Shown here piece by piece: positions 7,844 through 17,852 of a DNA stretch of 64,000 nucleotides (positions are counted from its first letter, which is position 1; the number at the start of each line of letters is the position of its first letter). The stretch covers positions 124,001 to 188,000 of IMG/VR virus record IMGVR_UViG_3300018891_000001. One strand, given 5' to 3'. The position numbers and the translations under genes are program-made. Below the pieces are notes generated by a model that ran no database searches, had not been told where the DNA came from, and was given only the letters and a program-made list of their open reading frames with translations.

Positions 7844-10381
7844 ATGTTTACAAAAAGTTATATTGACAAGCTAAACAAGGATATTGAAAAATATACGACC
7901 AAATATCCAGAACGAAAAATCTTTCCAATCACTGAAAACATGACTCGCACATTTGAAGGCGTATCTCAAACTGTCATGCTTGACCGGTATTCTCATAATG
8001 ATATGCTTCATGAAACATTGGAATCCGGAGATTTTGTTGTATTAACAATCAAAGATGATCCAAAATGGCCAACCCAAGGATTTGGATGGGTGCAATCCAT
8101 TGATTGGAAACACCGAAAAGCCCTTGTTAAAGTGGATGAGCAATTTGCAGGAGCGTTAGAAGGAGAAGAAGCAGATACTCTTTTGGTAGAACGAAATTTA
8201 GATGTGGTCCAAAAACCATTAGAAATTTTCTATGAGCAAATTGCTAAACGAAACGCATGGGCACTTTCCCAAGTAGAGAAAACTGAAGAGAAAAGACAGG
8301 AATGGTTTGAAAAGTTCTATCACGAATTAAAAGAACTTCATTTTGTGCCTGCAGGACGTGTGTTGCATGGAGCAGGATCGGGAACAGACGTTACATATTT
8401 CAACTGCTATGTAATGCCATTTGTCAAAGACTCCCGTGAAGGCATTTCTGAGCATCGTGGTAAGGTCATGGAAATTATGTCTAGAGGCGGCGGAGTTGGA
8501 ACAAACGGCTCTACCTTGCGTCCTCGAAATGAAGTGGCCCGTGGAGTCAATGGAAAATCATCGGGTTCAGTGTCATGGTTAAATGATATCTCAAATCTAA
8601 CTAACTTAGTTGAACAAGGTGGAAGCCGCCGTGGTGCACAAATGATTATGCTTGCTGATTGGCATCCGGATATTGTAGAATTTATCATTTCAAAAATGCA
8701 AAATCCAAAGATTTTGAAATTCATCATCGAGAATACCCATGATGAACATATCAAAGAAGTCGCAAAAGCCAAGTTAAAATTTGTACCATTGACCGAAAGA
8801 GAAAAAAGAGCTTATGAAGCTTTAGTTAGATCTCATGTCACAGAAGATATAGATCCTATTGTAGAAGAAGCAAAGTCTATTCTAGCCGATGGTGGTACAT
8901 GGTCTGTTCATAACCCAGAATTTTTAACAGGTGCCAATATATCTGTCTGCTTAACTCATGAGTTCATGAAAGCTGTAGAGAACGATGGAGAATATAAACT
9001 TCGTTTCCCTGATGTCGCTAATTATACAGAAGAAGAAATGAAAGATTATAACGAAAAATGGCATGAAATAGGCGATGTACGTGAATGGGAAAAGATGGGG
9101 TATGATGTCCGTATACATCGTAAGATTCGTGCAAGAGAATTATGGAAACTGATTAATATTTGTGCAACGTATTCAGCGGAGCCAGGCATTTTCTTCATTG
9201 ATAATGCCAATGATATGACAAACGCCAAAGCATACGGACAAAAAGTTGTAGCAACCAATCCATGCGGAGAACAGCCATTAGCCCCGTACTCTGTTTGTAA
9301 TCTTGCAGCTATTAACTTAGCAAAAATGGCAAGTTTTGAAACTGGTACAGTAGATTTTGAAAAATTAAAACGTACAGTAGAAATAGGTGTACGTATGCAA
9401 GATAATGTCATTGATGCAACTCCTTATTTCTTACCGGAAAACACAAAACAAGCTAAAGGAGAACGACGGGTCGGATTAGGGGTCATGGGATTGCATGATT
9501 TGCTGATTAAATGTGGCTTGGAATACGGAAGTAAAGAGGGAAATCAATTAATAGATAAAGTATTTGAAACAATTGCCTGCACCGCTTATCGAACCAGTAT
9601 TGAATTAGCAAAGGAAAAAGGAAGCTTCCCATTCCTTACTACAGAAGACAAGTTAGATGAAATTGATTTACGAATGAAATTTGTCAATACCGGTTACATG
9701 AAAAACATGCCAGAAGATATTCGAAAAAGTATTTTAAAACACGGTATCCGAAATAGTCACTTGCTGACGGTAGCTCCAACTGGAAGTACAGGCACCATGG
9801 TAGGAGGAAGCACAGGCCTAGAACCATATTTTAGTTTCGTTTATTATCGTTCCGGCCGATTAGGTAAATTCATTGAAGTCAAAGCACCGATCGTTCAAGA
9901 ATATTTAGAATTTAAAGGGTTGCCACTTGATACACCACTAAGTGAATTGCCATCATACTTTAAAGGGGCAATGGACCTTACACCGGAACAACACGCTGAT
10001 GTTCAATGCATCATTCAACGTTGGGTTGATTCCAGTCTTTCTAAAACCGTTAACGCTCCAAAAGGATATACGATTCAACAAGTACAAGAAGTATATGAAC
10101 GACTGTGGAAAGGCGGAGCAAAAGGGGGTACCGTTTATGTCGATGGAAGTCGAGATGCACAGGTATTATCGTTGACCCCAGAAGAAAACGATGTAGAGGA
10201 ATTGGATATTCAAGACACAAAAGAAGAACTTGCAAATGAATATCTCCAAACTCAAGAAACCATCGTTTACGGTAGTGAAGTTGGAAACATCTGCCCTATT
10301 TGTAAGGCAGGAGAAGTCAAAGACTTTGGAGGTTGCAATAGCTGCTCTAATTGCGGAGCTCAGTTAAAATGCGGCTTATAA
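7844..10381 (+). CDS. nrdJ: Class II (B12-dependent) ribonucleotide reductase
   Basis: FVPAGR, NCYV, GGSRRGA, TNPCGEQPL, TVAPTGS, C-terminal Cys ribbon; no small-subunit gene nearby. Confidence 0.92.
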   Translation: MFTKSYIDKLNKDIEKYTTKYPERKIFPITENMTRTFEGVSQTVMLDRYSHNDMLHETLESGDFVVLTIKDDPKWPTQGFGWVQSIDWKHRKALVKVDEQFAGALEGEEADTLLVERNLDVVQKPLEIFYEQIAKRNAWALSQVEKTEEKRQEWFEKFYHELKELHFVPAGRVLHGAGSGTDVTYFNCYVMPFVKDSREGISEHRGKVMEIMSRGGGVGTNGSTLRPRNEVARGVNGKSSGSVSWLNDISNLTNLVEQGGSRRGAQMIMLADWHPDIVEFIISKMQNPKILKFIIENTHDEHIKEVAKAKLKFVPLTEREKRAYEALVRSHVTEDIDPIVEEAKSILADGGTWSVHNPEFLTGANISVCLTHEFMKAVENDGEYKLRFPDVANYTEEEMKDYNEKWHEIGDVREWEKMGYDVRIHRKIRARELWKLINICATYSAEPGIFFIDNANDMTNAKAYGQKVVATNPCGEQPLAPYSVCNLAAINLAKMASFETGTVDFEKLKRTVEIGVRMQDNVIDATPYFLPENTKQAKGERRVGLGVMGLHDLLIKCGLEYGSKEGNQLIDKVFETIACTAYRTSIELAKEKGSFPFLTTEDKLDEIDLRMKFVNTGYMKNMPEDIRKSILKHGIRNSHLLTVAPTGSTGTMVGGSTGLEPYFSFVYYRSGRLGKFIEVKAPIVQEYLEFKGLPLDTPLSELPSYFKGAMDLTPEQHADVQCIIQRWVDSSLSKTVNAPKGYTIQQVQEVYERLWKGGAKGGTVYVDGSRDAQVLSLTPEENDVEELDIQDTKEELANEYLQTQETIVYGSEVGNICPICKAGEVKDFGGCNSCSNCGAQLKCGL

Positions 10382-10393
10382 GGAGGAACATAA

Positions 10394-10681
10394 ATGATCT
10401 TCCGAGCACCACCTGGACACTGGTTATTAAGCAAACAAGAACTCCAAAAAATGATGGATTGCATTGCACAGGGAGAAGTACAAAAAGTTACAGAATACCT
10501 TCGATTTTGCTTAGAGGAAATTCAATTTTACGATGACATTCGTCGGCAAATCGAACAAAAGAAAATGCTCAAAGAAGATGGCGAACACTTTAAAGCGTTG
10601 TCCCTAGAAAATAAAATTCGTCAAAAAGTGCGGCAACAAACTGAACGAAGCCAACTAATACAATCTCAATTTCTATCTTGA
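10394..10681 (+). CDS. Hypothetical protein
   Basis: RBS aggagg. Confidence 0.7.
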   Translation: MIFRAPPGHWLLSKQELQKMMDCIAQGEVQKVTEYLRFCLEEIQFYDDIRRQIEQKKMLKEDGEHFKALSLENKIRQKVRQQTERSQLIQSQFLS

Positions 10682-10699
10682 TCTTTTGTAACATATTAC

Positions 10700-10729
10700 A
10701 AAAAAGTGGGCGACAAACCCACTTTTTTT
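10700..10729 (+). terminator. Rho-independent terminator
   Basis: aaaaaagtggg-cgacaaa-cccacttttttt. Confidence 0.85.
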
Positions 10730-10785
10730 ATATATAATAAAGATATTCGAAGAAAAATCAAGAAAAACAAAGAAAGGAGAACATT

Positions 10786-10863
10786 ATGGAATTAGTGCGT
10801 TCCTATCTTCAGAATTATGGAATCGTGGACTACATTATTATTTTCAAATTCACATTCAAATAA
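10786..10863 (+). CDS. Short ORF starting MELVRSYL (25 aa; possibly frameshifted)
   Basis: Strong RBS aaaggag; an overlapping frame continues to about 10950. Confidence 0.45.
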   Translation: MELVRSYLQNYGIVDYIIIFKFTFK

Positions 10864-10936
10864 GCGAATCTGGAAAACTACTCATTAAACCTTGTTGTAT
10901 CAACTCATATCATCCTCCAAAGGAGAGTGTTATCGT

Positions 10937-11188
10937 ATGGAATTAGTTCAACAATTATTGACAAAAAAGCAAGAAACAAAAAACAAAATTCAGCGATTAA
11001 AAGAAGAAGGGCTTTTGGTTCCTAAATCCATTACCATGAATGGAATTTATTCATCAGATAACTTAACATATGTTGGCCCCCTTGTAACTGGATCATTCTC
11101 AAGTCAATTAATAATTAATGATCAAGTGATTGGCAACGTCACTGTTACAGGAATGTCCCGGGAGGCGGAATACCAAACATGGAGATGA
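10937..11188 (+). CDS. Hypothetical protein (MELVQQLL...)
   Basis: RBS aggag; ATG 10937. Confidence 0.6.
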   Translation: MELVQQLLTKKQETKNKIQRLKEEGLLVPKSITMNGIYSSDNLTYVGPLVTGSFSSQLIINDQVIGNVTVTGMSREAEYQTWR

Positions 11189-11589
11189 TCAATAAATATA
11201 TCGAGCTTCACCGACCAGAAACATGGTATGAAAAAATGCTAAAGAACTTTTTCCGTTATCAATGGCAAACTCCTTCATACAAAAGAATTCTTTTACAGAA
11301 AATATATGAAGAAACAAAAGAACTAAAAGCAGAACTAGATGATTTCTATAATCGAACTAGATCTATGCCTAGAAGATCTGGGAAATCTTATTACTATAAT
11401 TCCATTTTATATGAGATTGCACAGAAAGAATTTGTGTGGCGCACAATCAAGTTACGATGGAACAATTTACGTAATGATCTTTTCATGGAGGAGAATGAAG
11501 ATGGAACTATGCCTTCAATATTTACTAATCCAATCTTCTCACAAACGACAAAAAGAATACGAGACCATCAAACAATTGGACCATATTAA
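11179..11589 (+). CDS. Hypothetical protein (MEMINKYI...)
   Basis: RBS ggagg. Confidence 0.65.
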   Translation: MEMINKYIELHRPETWYEKMLKNFFRYQWQTPSYKRILLQKIYEETKELKAELDDFYNRTRSMPRRSGKSYYYNSILYEIAQKEFVWRTIKLRWNNLRNDLFMEENEDGTMPSIFTNPIFSQTTKRIRDHQTIGPY

Positions 11590-11654
11590 AAAACATATTA
11601 CAAAGAAAGCGGAACGAGATTGGGATTTATTATTTAGGAGGTTGACAAGATCTG

Positions 11655-12389
11655 ATGGAACTGACCGTGAATGATTTATATGATTTTAAATCCTGTCCCT
11701 TACGTTTTAAATTGACTCGCATCGATAAAGTCTGCAAAGAAATCACCACCAATGATGGCATTCGAGAAGCATTGCAATCCGTGATAAATTATTATTATTT
11801 TCATCTGCAGCAAGGAAAACAGCTTTCAATTACAGATTTAAAAGAAAAGTTTAGCAGCATTTGGTATGGGAAACTTAATATCTATGACATTTACACAAAT
11901 AGTAAAACCGAACAACGAAAAAAGGAATTAGAAGCCATTGGTATGCTACATACGTTTTATCGTCAACAGCAATATGCACCTGATTATGTGATTGCTTCCA
12001 ATGTGGATTTCCGAGTTCCCTTTGGAAATGATTTTTATGTAAGAGGTAATCTTCCTGTCATTCGAGATACTCCAAGAGGCATTGAATTAGCGGTTTTTAA
12101 AATGGGAAAGCACAAATACAATGAGTTTTGGCAAAAAACCGATATGGGGCTTACTTTGATGGCCATGGCCTATCAATCCATGTTTAAGCAAGAACTCGAC
12201 AGTATCGCAGTCCATGTCTTGCGAGATGGTAGTACACTTTATGTGCAACGCAAAAAACAAGATTACAAGAGATTAATCAAAACCATCAATATGGTCAAAG
12301 AATCCATCGAAAAAGGGTGGTTGTATCCACGAGAAACTTATGCTTGTGATAAATGTCCTGCACAACATTTATGTATGGAATGGAGATGA
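11655..12389 (+). CDS. PD-(D/E)XK/RecB-like nuclease-fold protein, catalytic residues apparently missing
   Basis: YDFKSCPLRFKL and C-terminal CDKCPAQHLC; GNLPVI and ELAVFK where GxxD and DxK are expected. Confidence 0.6.
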   Translation: MELTVNDLYDFKSCPLRFKLTRIDKVCKEITTNDGIREALQSVINYYYFHLQQGKQLSITDLKEKFSSIWYGKLNIYDIYTNSKTEQRKKELEAIGMLHTFYRQQQYAPDYVIASNVDFRVPFGNDFYVRGNLPVIRDTPRGIELAVFKMGKHKYNEFWQKTDMGLTLMAMAYQSMFKQELDSIAVHVLRDGSTLYVQRKKQDYKRLIKTINMVKESIEKGWLYPRETYACDKCPAQHLCMEWR

Positions 12390-12395
12390 TATCAC

Positions 12396-12827
12396 ATGAG
12401 AAAATCTTGGAATCAATATTTCATGGAAATAGCAGAAATGGCTGCAACAAGAGCTACCTGTGACCGACTACATGTAGGGTGTGTTCTTGTTAAAAATCAT
12501 CGAATCATTGCAACAGGCTATAATGGAAGTATTAGTGGGCATGATCACTGTGAGGATATAGGTCACTTAATGCACGAAAACGGGTGTAAAAGAACCATTC
12601 ATGCCGAAATGAATGCTCTTTTACAGTGTGCTAAGCATGGAATTGCAACAGAAGGGGCTACGGCTTATGTCACTCATTATCCATGTCCAGATTGCATGAA
12701 ATCACTAAATCAAGCAGGAATTCAAACCATTTATTATAAGCATTACTATCCTCATCGCTACGAAAATAACTTTCATGAAGGAATGGAGGTGATTTCATAT
12801 GATGCTATTTCGGAAACTAATTTGTAA
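12396..12827 (+). CDS. dCMP deaminase (ComEB-like)
   Basis: HVGCVLV, ATGYNG, IHAEMNAL, PCPDC. Confidence 0.9.
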   Translation: MRKSWNQYFMEIAEMAATRATCDRLHVGCVLVKNHRIIATGYNGSISGHDHCEDIGHLMHENGCKRTIHAEMNALLQCAKHGIATEGATAYVTHYPCPDCMKSLNQAGIQTIYYKHYYPHRYENNFHEGMEVISYDAISETNL

Positions 12828-12960
12828 ATTCAAAGGACTTCATCATCCTGAATTTACAGGAAGCTATCATGTATTTGACTATGACTTCAAATATCCAAGG
12901 AAAATTCATGTTCATCGCTGTCCAAACTGTGGAGATTACAAAAAAATTATGGTGGATTAA
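12799..12960 (+). CDS. Small DUF1660-like protein (53 aa, not in ORF track)
   Basis: RBS ggaggtg; MMLFRKLICKFKGLHH...HRCPNCG. Confidence 0.6.
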   Translation: MMLFRKLICKFKGLHHPEFTGSYHVFDYDFKYPRKIHVHRCPNCGDYKKIMVD

Positions 12961-13048
12961 GTATGGAGATCGTATGTGAATAAACTGTATATCGTATGTT
13001 TGGAAAGAGATGATAAATGCATTATAAAAAGATTGTGGTGTGATATAA

Positions 13049-13624
13049 ATGGAATTGATTAAAGCATATCTTAATCTTCAATTTCAAAATGGGCGAATCA
13101 ACACATATGAATATATCAAAGACCACATTGGAAAGACACAATCCTTGTTACCGTCACATAATCAATTTGACCTTCGCCATTCAATTGATCCTTTTTTACC
13201 TGAAGGGTTTGAATGGATGCATGAATTGCAAGGCGGATTGATCATCCCTATTGAACAACCAAAAACAATGGAAAAATTACAACAAGAATCTGATATTCTA
13301 GAAAAAATGGCACATATGATAAAATGTGTATGGATGTTTATGGCCATTTTACTGATTATAACCAATCTTCTTGTATGGTTTTCAGGCACGAAATCACCAA
13401 TTGGGTTGATTATGTGGATCCCTTTTACTGCTGCTTATTATATCTACAGGTATTTTGAAAACAAGAAAGCAAAGATACAACAAACACTGGAAGTAAAAGA
13501 AATACAACGAATACTAGAAAAAGCGACAGCAGAAATCCTGGGAGAAACGACAGTAGAAATCCGAAGAACTGCACCAAGAGGTGTTAGACCTAGTTTGCAT
13601 TCTCCATCAAGAAGACATGAATAA
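13049..13624 (+). CDS. Hypothetical membrane protein (MELIKAYL...)
   Basis: Two predicted TM segments. Confidence 0.7.
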   Translation: MELIKAYLNLQFQNGRINTYEYIKDHIGKTQSLLPSHNQFDLRHSIDPFLPEGFEWMHELQGGLIIPIEQPKTMEKLQQESDILEKMAHMIKCVWMFMAILLIITNLLVWFSGTKSPIGLIMWIPFTAAYYIYRYFENKKAKIQQTLEVKEIQRILEKATAEILGETTVEIRRTAPRGVRPSLHSPSRRHE

Positions 13625-13699
13625 CCTTATGAAGAATAAAATATTGTAATGTGTTACAATGAATTTAAAGGATACAGGGGAATCTAAAGGAGGATTCCC

Positions 13700-14599
13700 A
13701 TGGAATTTAAGTTAGCAAACTTTCAAGTTAAAGAAGTCATCCCCGCTTCTGCCTATCGTGATGATTATGTTGATTGGGGATTAAAAGCAGTTGGTGCAGA
13801 AATTGCTTGGCAAAAATCCAAAGGAAGAGGCATTAAAGTAGCGGTTTTAGATACAGGCATTGACCGTGACCATCGTGATTTAATTCAAAATGTGAGAGAA
13901 ACGATTGATTTTACAGGATCTCCATACGGAGCTGAAGATGTACAGGGTCATGGTACCCATTGTGCAGGTATTATCGCCGGTGTAGATAATCAGATAGGCA
14001 TGATCGGGGTAGCACCGGAAGTGGAAATTTATTCAGCTAAAGTATTGGGAGATAACGGTTCCGGTAGTTTTGAATCTATTATCAAAGGAATTCGATGGGC
14101 AATGACACATAATGTAGATGTCATTTCCATGAGCTTGGGAACTGCGACTCGACCACCACAAATATTGCATGATACGATTAAGCAAGCTGTTGCACAAGGC
14201 ATTATCCTAGTTGCCGCTACAGGGAATGAAAATAGTGCAGTATGTTATCCAGCAGCCTATGATGAAGTCATTGCCGTTTCTGCTGTAGACCAAAAACTAG
14301 AACGTGCTAAATTCTCTAACTTTGGTATTCAAAATGCGATTTCTGCACCAGGAGTGGATATTGTATCGACTTACAAAAATGGAACCTATGCCCGATTATC
14401 TGGCACTTCAATGGCCACTCCACTTGTAGCCGGTGCATGTGCCCTGATTATTGATCGATACAAGCAGCTTCATAACGGACTAAAGCCAAGCGTAGAGTAT
14501 GTGCATCAAACACTACTCACCATGGTCAAAGACTTAGGGGAAATAGGAAAAGATGAGCTATACGGAGCAGGAATGCTAAATTTGGCACTTCTTCCGTAA
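13700..14599 (+). CDS. Subtilisin-family (S8) serine protease, no signal peptide
   Basis: VAVLDTGID, HGTHCAG, AATGN, SGTSMATP. Confidence 0.93.
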   Translation: MEFKLANFQVKEVIPASAYRDDYVDWGLKAVGAEIAWQKSKGRGIKVAVLDTGIDRDHRDLIQNVRETIDFTGSPYGAEDVQGHGTHCAGIIAGVDNQIGMIGVAPEVEIYSAKVLGDNGSGSFESIIKGIRWAMTHNVDVISMSLGTATRPPQILHDTIKQAVAQGIILVAATGNENSAVCYPAAYDEVIAVSAVDQKLERAKFSNFGIQNAISAPGVDIVSTYKNGTYARLSGTSMATPLVAGACALIIDRYKQLHNGLKPSVEYVHQTLLTMVKDLGEIGKDELYGAGMLNLALLP

Positions 14600-14604
14600 A
14601 AATG

Positions 14605-14635
14605 AAGGTAGGGTGTAAAAAACCCTATCTTTTTT
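14605..14635 (+). terminator. Rho-independent terminator
   Basis: aaggtagggt...accctatcttttt. Confidence 0.75.
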
Positions 14636-14794
14636 CTTTATCTATGTTATAATGTAGAATATGAAAGACATTACAAGGAAAAATGAGAGAGGTGGAGAAA
14701 ATGCAAGGAAAAATGGTGGATATCATTGAAGATATCGGAAAAGGAATTAAACAAGAGCAATTAGCACCAAAGACTGTAAAGGAGGAAAATCATA

Positions 14795-15271
14795 ATGATC
14801 GAACAGCTGCAGCAGAAAAGCCGAAGAATCGGAGCTAAGAAGAATTTTATGCGAGAAAGTCAAGCGGCCGAAATGGAGCAAAATAATAAAATTGTTATTA
14901 TACAAACCAAAAGCGATAAAGGTATTCAAAATGTGGACTTGATATTAGAGCCCGATAAATTCGATGAATTATCCAGTAAATGTCGATTAACATTCGAAGA
15001 ATACTGTGATGTTATCAACGAATTAATTGATGAGGAGGAACAAGAATGGCATGAGCTTCGTATGAAGGATCAAGTCAACATGACTCGTGATGCCATCATT
15101 CAGGCCACTATTCTCAAGTATGCCAAAGAGGAATACAATATTGACAAGAGCCAGTACGCTGGTATTGACATTAACTATACAAAGCGATACGATACGGAGG
15201 GTCGCTTCTTAGGAGAAGCAGTCATTGTAACCCTGACGGCCATCCCAATGATGGGAGTCAAAATTAAATAA
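14795..15271 (+). CDS. Hypothetical protein
   Basis: RBS aaggagg. Confidence 0.7.
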   Translation: MIEQLQQKSRRIGAKKNFMRESQAAEMEQNNKIVIIQTKSDKGIQNVDLILEPDKFDELSSKCRLTFEEYCDVINELIDEEEQEWHELRMKDQVNMTRDAIIQATILKYAKEEYNIDKSQYAGIDINYTKRYDTEGRFLGEAVIVTLTAIPMMGVKIK

Positions 15272-15287
15272 GAAGGGTGAATCATCC

Positions 15288-15854
15288 ATGAGAAAATCTT
15301 TGATTTTACCTATGATGATGTTTGGCAAATTCCAAAGCCGACGTGCTAAGCGAGATGAAAACGGAAAAGCAATTATTAAAGGATATTACAAAAATGGAAA
15401 ACCAAAATACGAAACGGAAAAATGTTGGGTCATTCATAATGAAAGCAAAGGAGACAAAGGGGTTTATCCAAGCGTCAATCATATTTACACTCGAATTGCT
15501 AAAGGAAGACAAAAGCTAACTGCAGCAGCAGAACGTTTGAAAGAAAGATGGGAAATAGAAGCACGTATGTGGGCAGAAGAAGTCGGCTGGCAACTTACTC
15601 AACAACAAAAAGTCGTAATAGAATTAACGGCTTATTTTCCGCCAGATAATATCAACCGGGACACAAACAATGTATTCAAACTCATGATGGATGCCTTTAA
15701 TGGTATTATTTACGATGATGATGAATATGCATTGCCTCGAGTCATGGATTTTCATAAAGTAAAAGAAGGGGAAAAACCTTACTTTCAATTAGATATTTAC
15801 TTAAAAAGCGAAGAACCGGACATTATGATGCAGCGAGTTATGGAGAAAGAATAA
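15288..15854 (+). CDS. rusA: RusA-family Holliday junction resolvase
   Basis: PSVNHIY; RDTNNVFKLMMDAFNGIIYDDDE. Confidence 0.8.
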   Translation: MRKSLILPMMMFGKFQSRRAKRDENGKAIIKGYYKNGKPKYETEKCWVIHNESKGDKGVYPSVNHIYTRIAKGRQKLTAAAERLKERWEIEARMWAEEVGWQLTQQQKVVIELTAYFPPDNINRDTNNVFKLMMDAFNGIIYDDDEYALPRVMDFHKVKEGEKPYFQLDIYLKSEEPDIMMQRVMEKE

Positions 15855-15856
15855 CA

Positions 15857-16627
15857 ATGAGTTACATTCATGCGCACGATCGTTACGTCATAGAATTTCA
15901 AAAAACAGGAGACTCTAGTAAACTCATTCTTCAATACAAAAATTTTCTTAATAAATATGCCACTTTGTTGTATCATGATTTGATTGATTTTCGAAACCAT
16001 GATATCCGTTGTTTCTTAGCTTGCTATATTTCCGATAAAGAAATCAATCAAAATCTTCGTAGAGGGAAATATCATTCTTCCGAGGCAATGGCTTCTGCGT
16101 ATCGTGCATTACAATACTTGCGTTCAAAATTACGAAACCATACTTATCAAGAAATAGAGCACGAATTATTAATTCCATTTCTTCGATGTGCTCAAATTTA
16201 TGAACCTAAAGGAAAAGGGTTTCAAAGCTATTTGTATAAAACTTACCGCTACGCCCTAAAACGACACTTGGATCGTATTCCAGTTGATATGTTGGATTAT
16301 CATCGATGGGTGTATCAAAATTTGTGGGTGGAAGAAGAGGAAAAAGAAGAAGAACTTCCTAGCGAACTTATCATCGAAATGGATCAATTTTTTGAATTAA
16401 GTGATCCTCGTTGGATTCATGGCAAAAGGGCAGGGGAACCCTTTAACCATCTGAAACCTCATGAACGTTACATACTAGTAAAATACTATTATGAAGGGTA
16501 CACCGATAAAGAAATTGCAAGAATGCTCCCCTACCACCCAAAATCTATTCATCGAATTCGTATGCGACTAATAAAATATTTTAAGCAGTTGTATGAGAAA
16601 GGGGAACTCAAATGTCTCAGGCTCTAA
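15857..16627 (+). CDS. Divergent sigma70-family RNA polymerase sigma factor
   Basis: Region-2-like LILQYKNFL and FQSYLYKTYRY; region 4 LKPHERYILVKYYYEGYTDKEIARML. Confidence 0.75.
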   Translation: MSYIHAHDRYVIEFQKTGDSSKLILQYKNFLNKYATLLYHDLIDFRNHDIRCFLACYISDKEINQNLRRGKYHSSEAMASAYRALQYLRSKLRNHTYQEIEHELLIPFLRCAQIYEPKGKGFQSYLYKTYRYALKRHLDRIPVDMLDYHRWVYQNLWVEEEEKEEELPSELIIEMDQFFELSDPRWIHGKRAGEPFNHLKPHERYILVKYYYEGYTDKEIARMLPYHPKSIHRIRMRLIKYFKQLYEKGELKCLRL

Positions 16628-16848
16628 CAGGATTAGATGAACCAATTGTTGCTATTGCATGTCAAGACCGAGAGGGTGCATTCCACTTTTATTACTGTGA
16701 TACACCTATCCAACTGAAGCATATCGATTTCCAGGATGATTTAATGCGAATCAACAATTTATGTATTGCATTTCACTGGTTTAATTCGATTGTAATTTGC
16801 ACAAGAGAAACGTTAGAGGAACTCAAGCGAAAGCTTGCAAATGCTTGA
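16612..16848 (+). CDS. Hypothetical protein
   Basis: Overlapping start, operonic. Confidence 0.55.
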   Translation: MSQALTGLDEPIVAIACQDREGAFHFYYCDTPIQLKHIDFQDDLMRINNLCIAFHWFNSIVICTRETLEELKRKLANA

Positions 16849-16866
16849 GATTTCTCACATATTCTC

Positions 16867-16914
16867 TTGTTTTCTTTCATATTCTGTAATATAATGATAT
16901 TGTAATGCATTACA
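16867..16914 (+). promoter_or_regulatory. sigmaA-type promoter with perfect palindrome TGTAATGCATTACA
   Basis: TTGTTT-17-TATAAT (16867-16895); palindrome 16901-16914. Confidence 0.7.
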
Positions 16915-16934
16915 TTATAAGGGATTGAGCGAAT

Positions 16935-17849
16935 GTGGGAGTATTAACAAATTTAGTGAATCATCACTATCGTGAACAATACAAAAAACAAACTCGTCCG
17001 ATGCGAAAATTGCATCCTTCGACCATTGGCATGTGTCAGCGAAAAATTGTTTTTGATATGCTGATGGTTCCTAAAAACATGCCAGAAGATCGGGCATTGC
17101 GTATTTTTGAAAACGGACACAGTATGCATCACCGCTATGAGACTTTATTTTCAGATATGGGAATTTTAGTGCAAAGAGAAATGAAGTTGGAATTTGAAGA
17201 TATTAGCGGTCATACAGATGCTTGGATTCGCATTTACAGTATTGAAAATCCAGTAGGAACAAACTATTTAATTGAATTAAAAAGTGCTTCCTCTAAAAGT
17301 TTTGAATGGATGGTAAAAAACAATACTCCTAAAAAAGAACATCGGGATCAGTTGATGTTCTATCTACATCTTGTTCAAAAGATGGGGCTACCCATCCAAA
17401 AAGGTATTATCTTTGTGGAAAACAAAGACACACAAGAAGTATGGGAGTATGAGTTGGAGTATGATCCAGCCTATGCAAAAACTTTAGAAGAGAAAGCCAA
17501 TTGGTGTATCGCATTGGCCAAAGAAAGAAAACTTCCACCTATCCCACCAAAACACACACCAAGTTATTATAAATGCGCTACCTGCGAGTACAATTTCTAC
17601 TGTCATGCAGGAACCCTCAATAAAGATGGGTATGAGCGTTATCCAATCCCATTCAAATTTGGCAGTAAGGCATACGCAGATGTATTTAGTATTATTGCAG
17701 CAATGCAACATGAACAACCGATCCCCAATGTCATTATCGGAGATACCAATGGGGCACTTGCTACAGAAGTGGAAATGTATAATAATATGCCACCAACTGC
17801 TCAACCAAATGAATTAATCAATCAGTATATTCAAAATCATACTCAATAA
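16935..17849 (+). CDS. Cas4-like PD-(D/E)XK exonuclease (no CRISPR context)
   Basis: PSTIGMCQRK, ISGHTDA, IELKS, QLMFY, CATCEYNFYC. Confidence 0.8.
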   Translation: MGVLTNLVNHHYREQYKKQTRPMRKLHPSTIGMCQRKIVFDMLMVPKNMPEDRALRIFENGHSMHHRYETLFSDMGILVQREMKLEFEDISGHTDAWIRIYSIENPVGTNYLIELKSASSKSFEWMVKNNTPKKEHRDQLMFYLHLVQKMGLPIQKGIIFVENKDTQEVWEYELEYDPAYAKTLEEKANWCIALAKERKLPPIPPKHTPSYYKCATCEYNFYCHAGTLNKDGYERYPIPFKFGSKAYADVFSIIAAMQHEQPIPNVIIGDTNGALATEVEMYNNMPPTAQPNELINQYIQNHTQ

Positions 17850-17852
17850 AGG

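Noticed and set aside
16935-17849. Cas4-like gene as part of a CRISPR-Cas system
   Set aside because: No cas1, cas2 or array nearby; solo Cas4-like exonucleases are common in phage recombination regions
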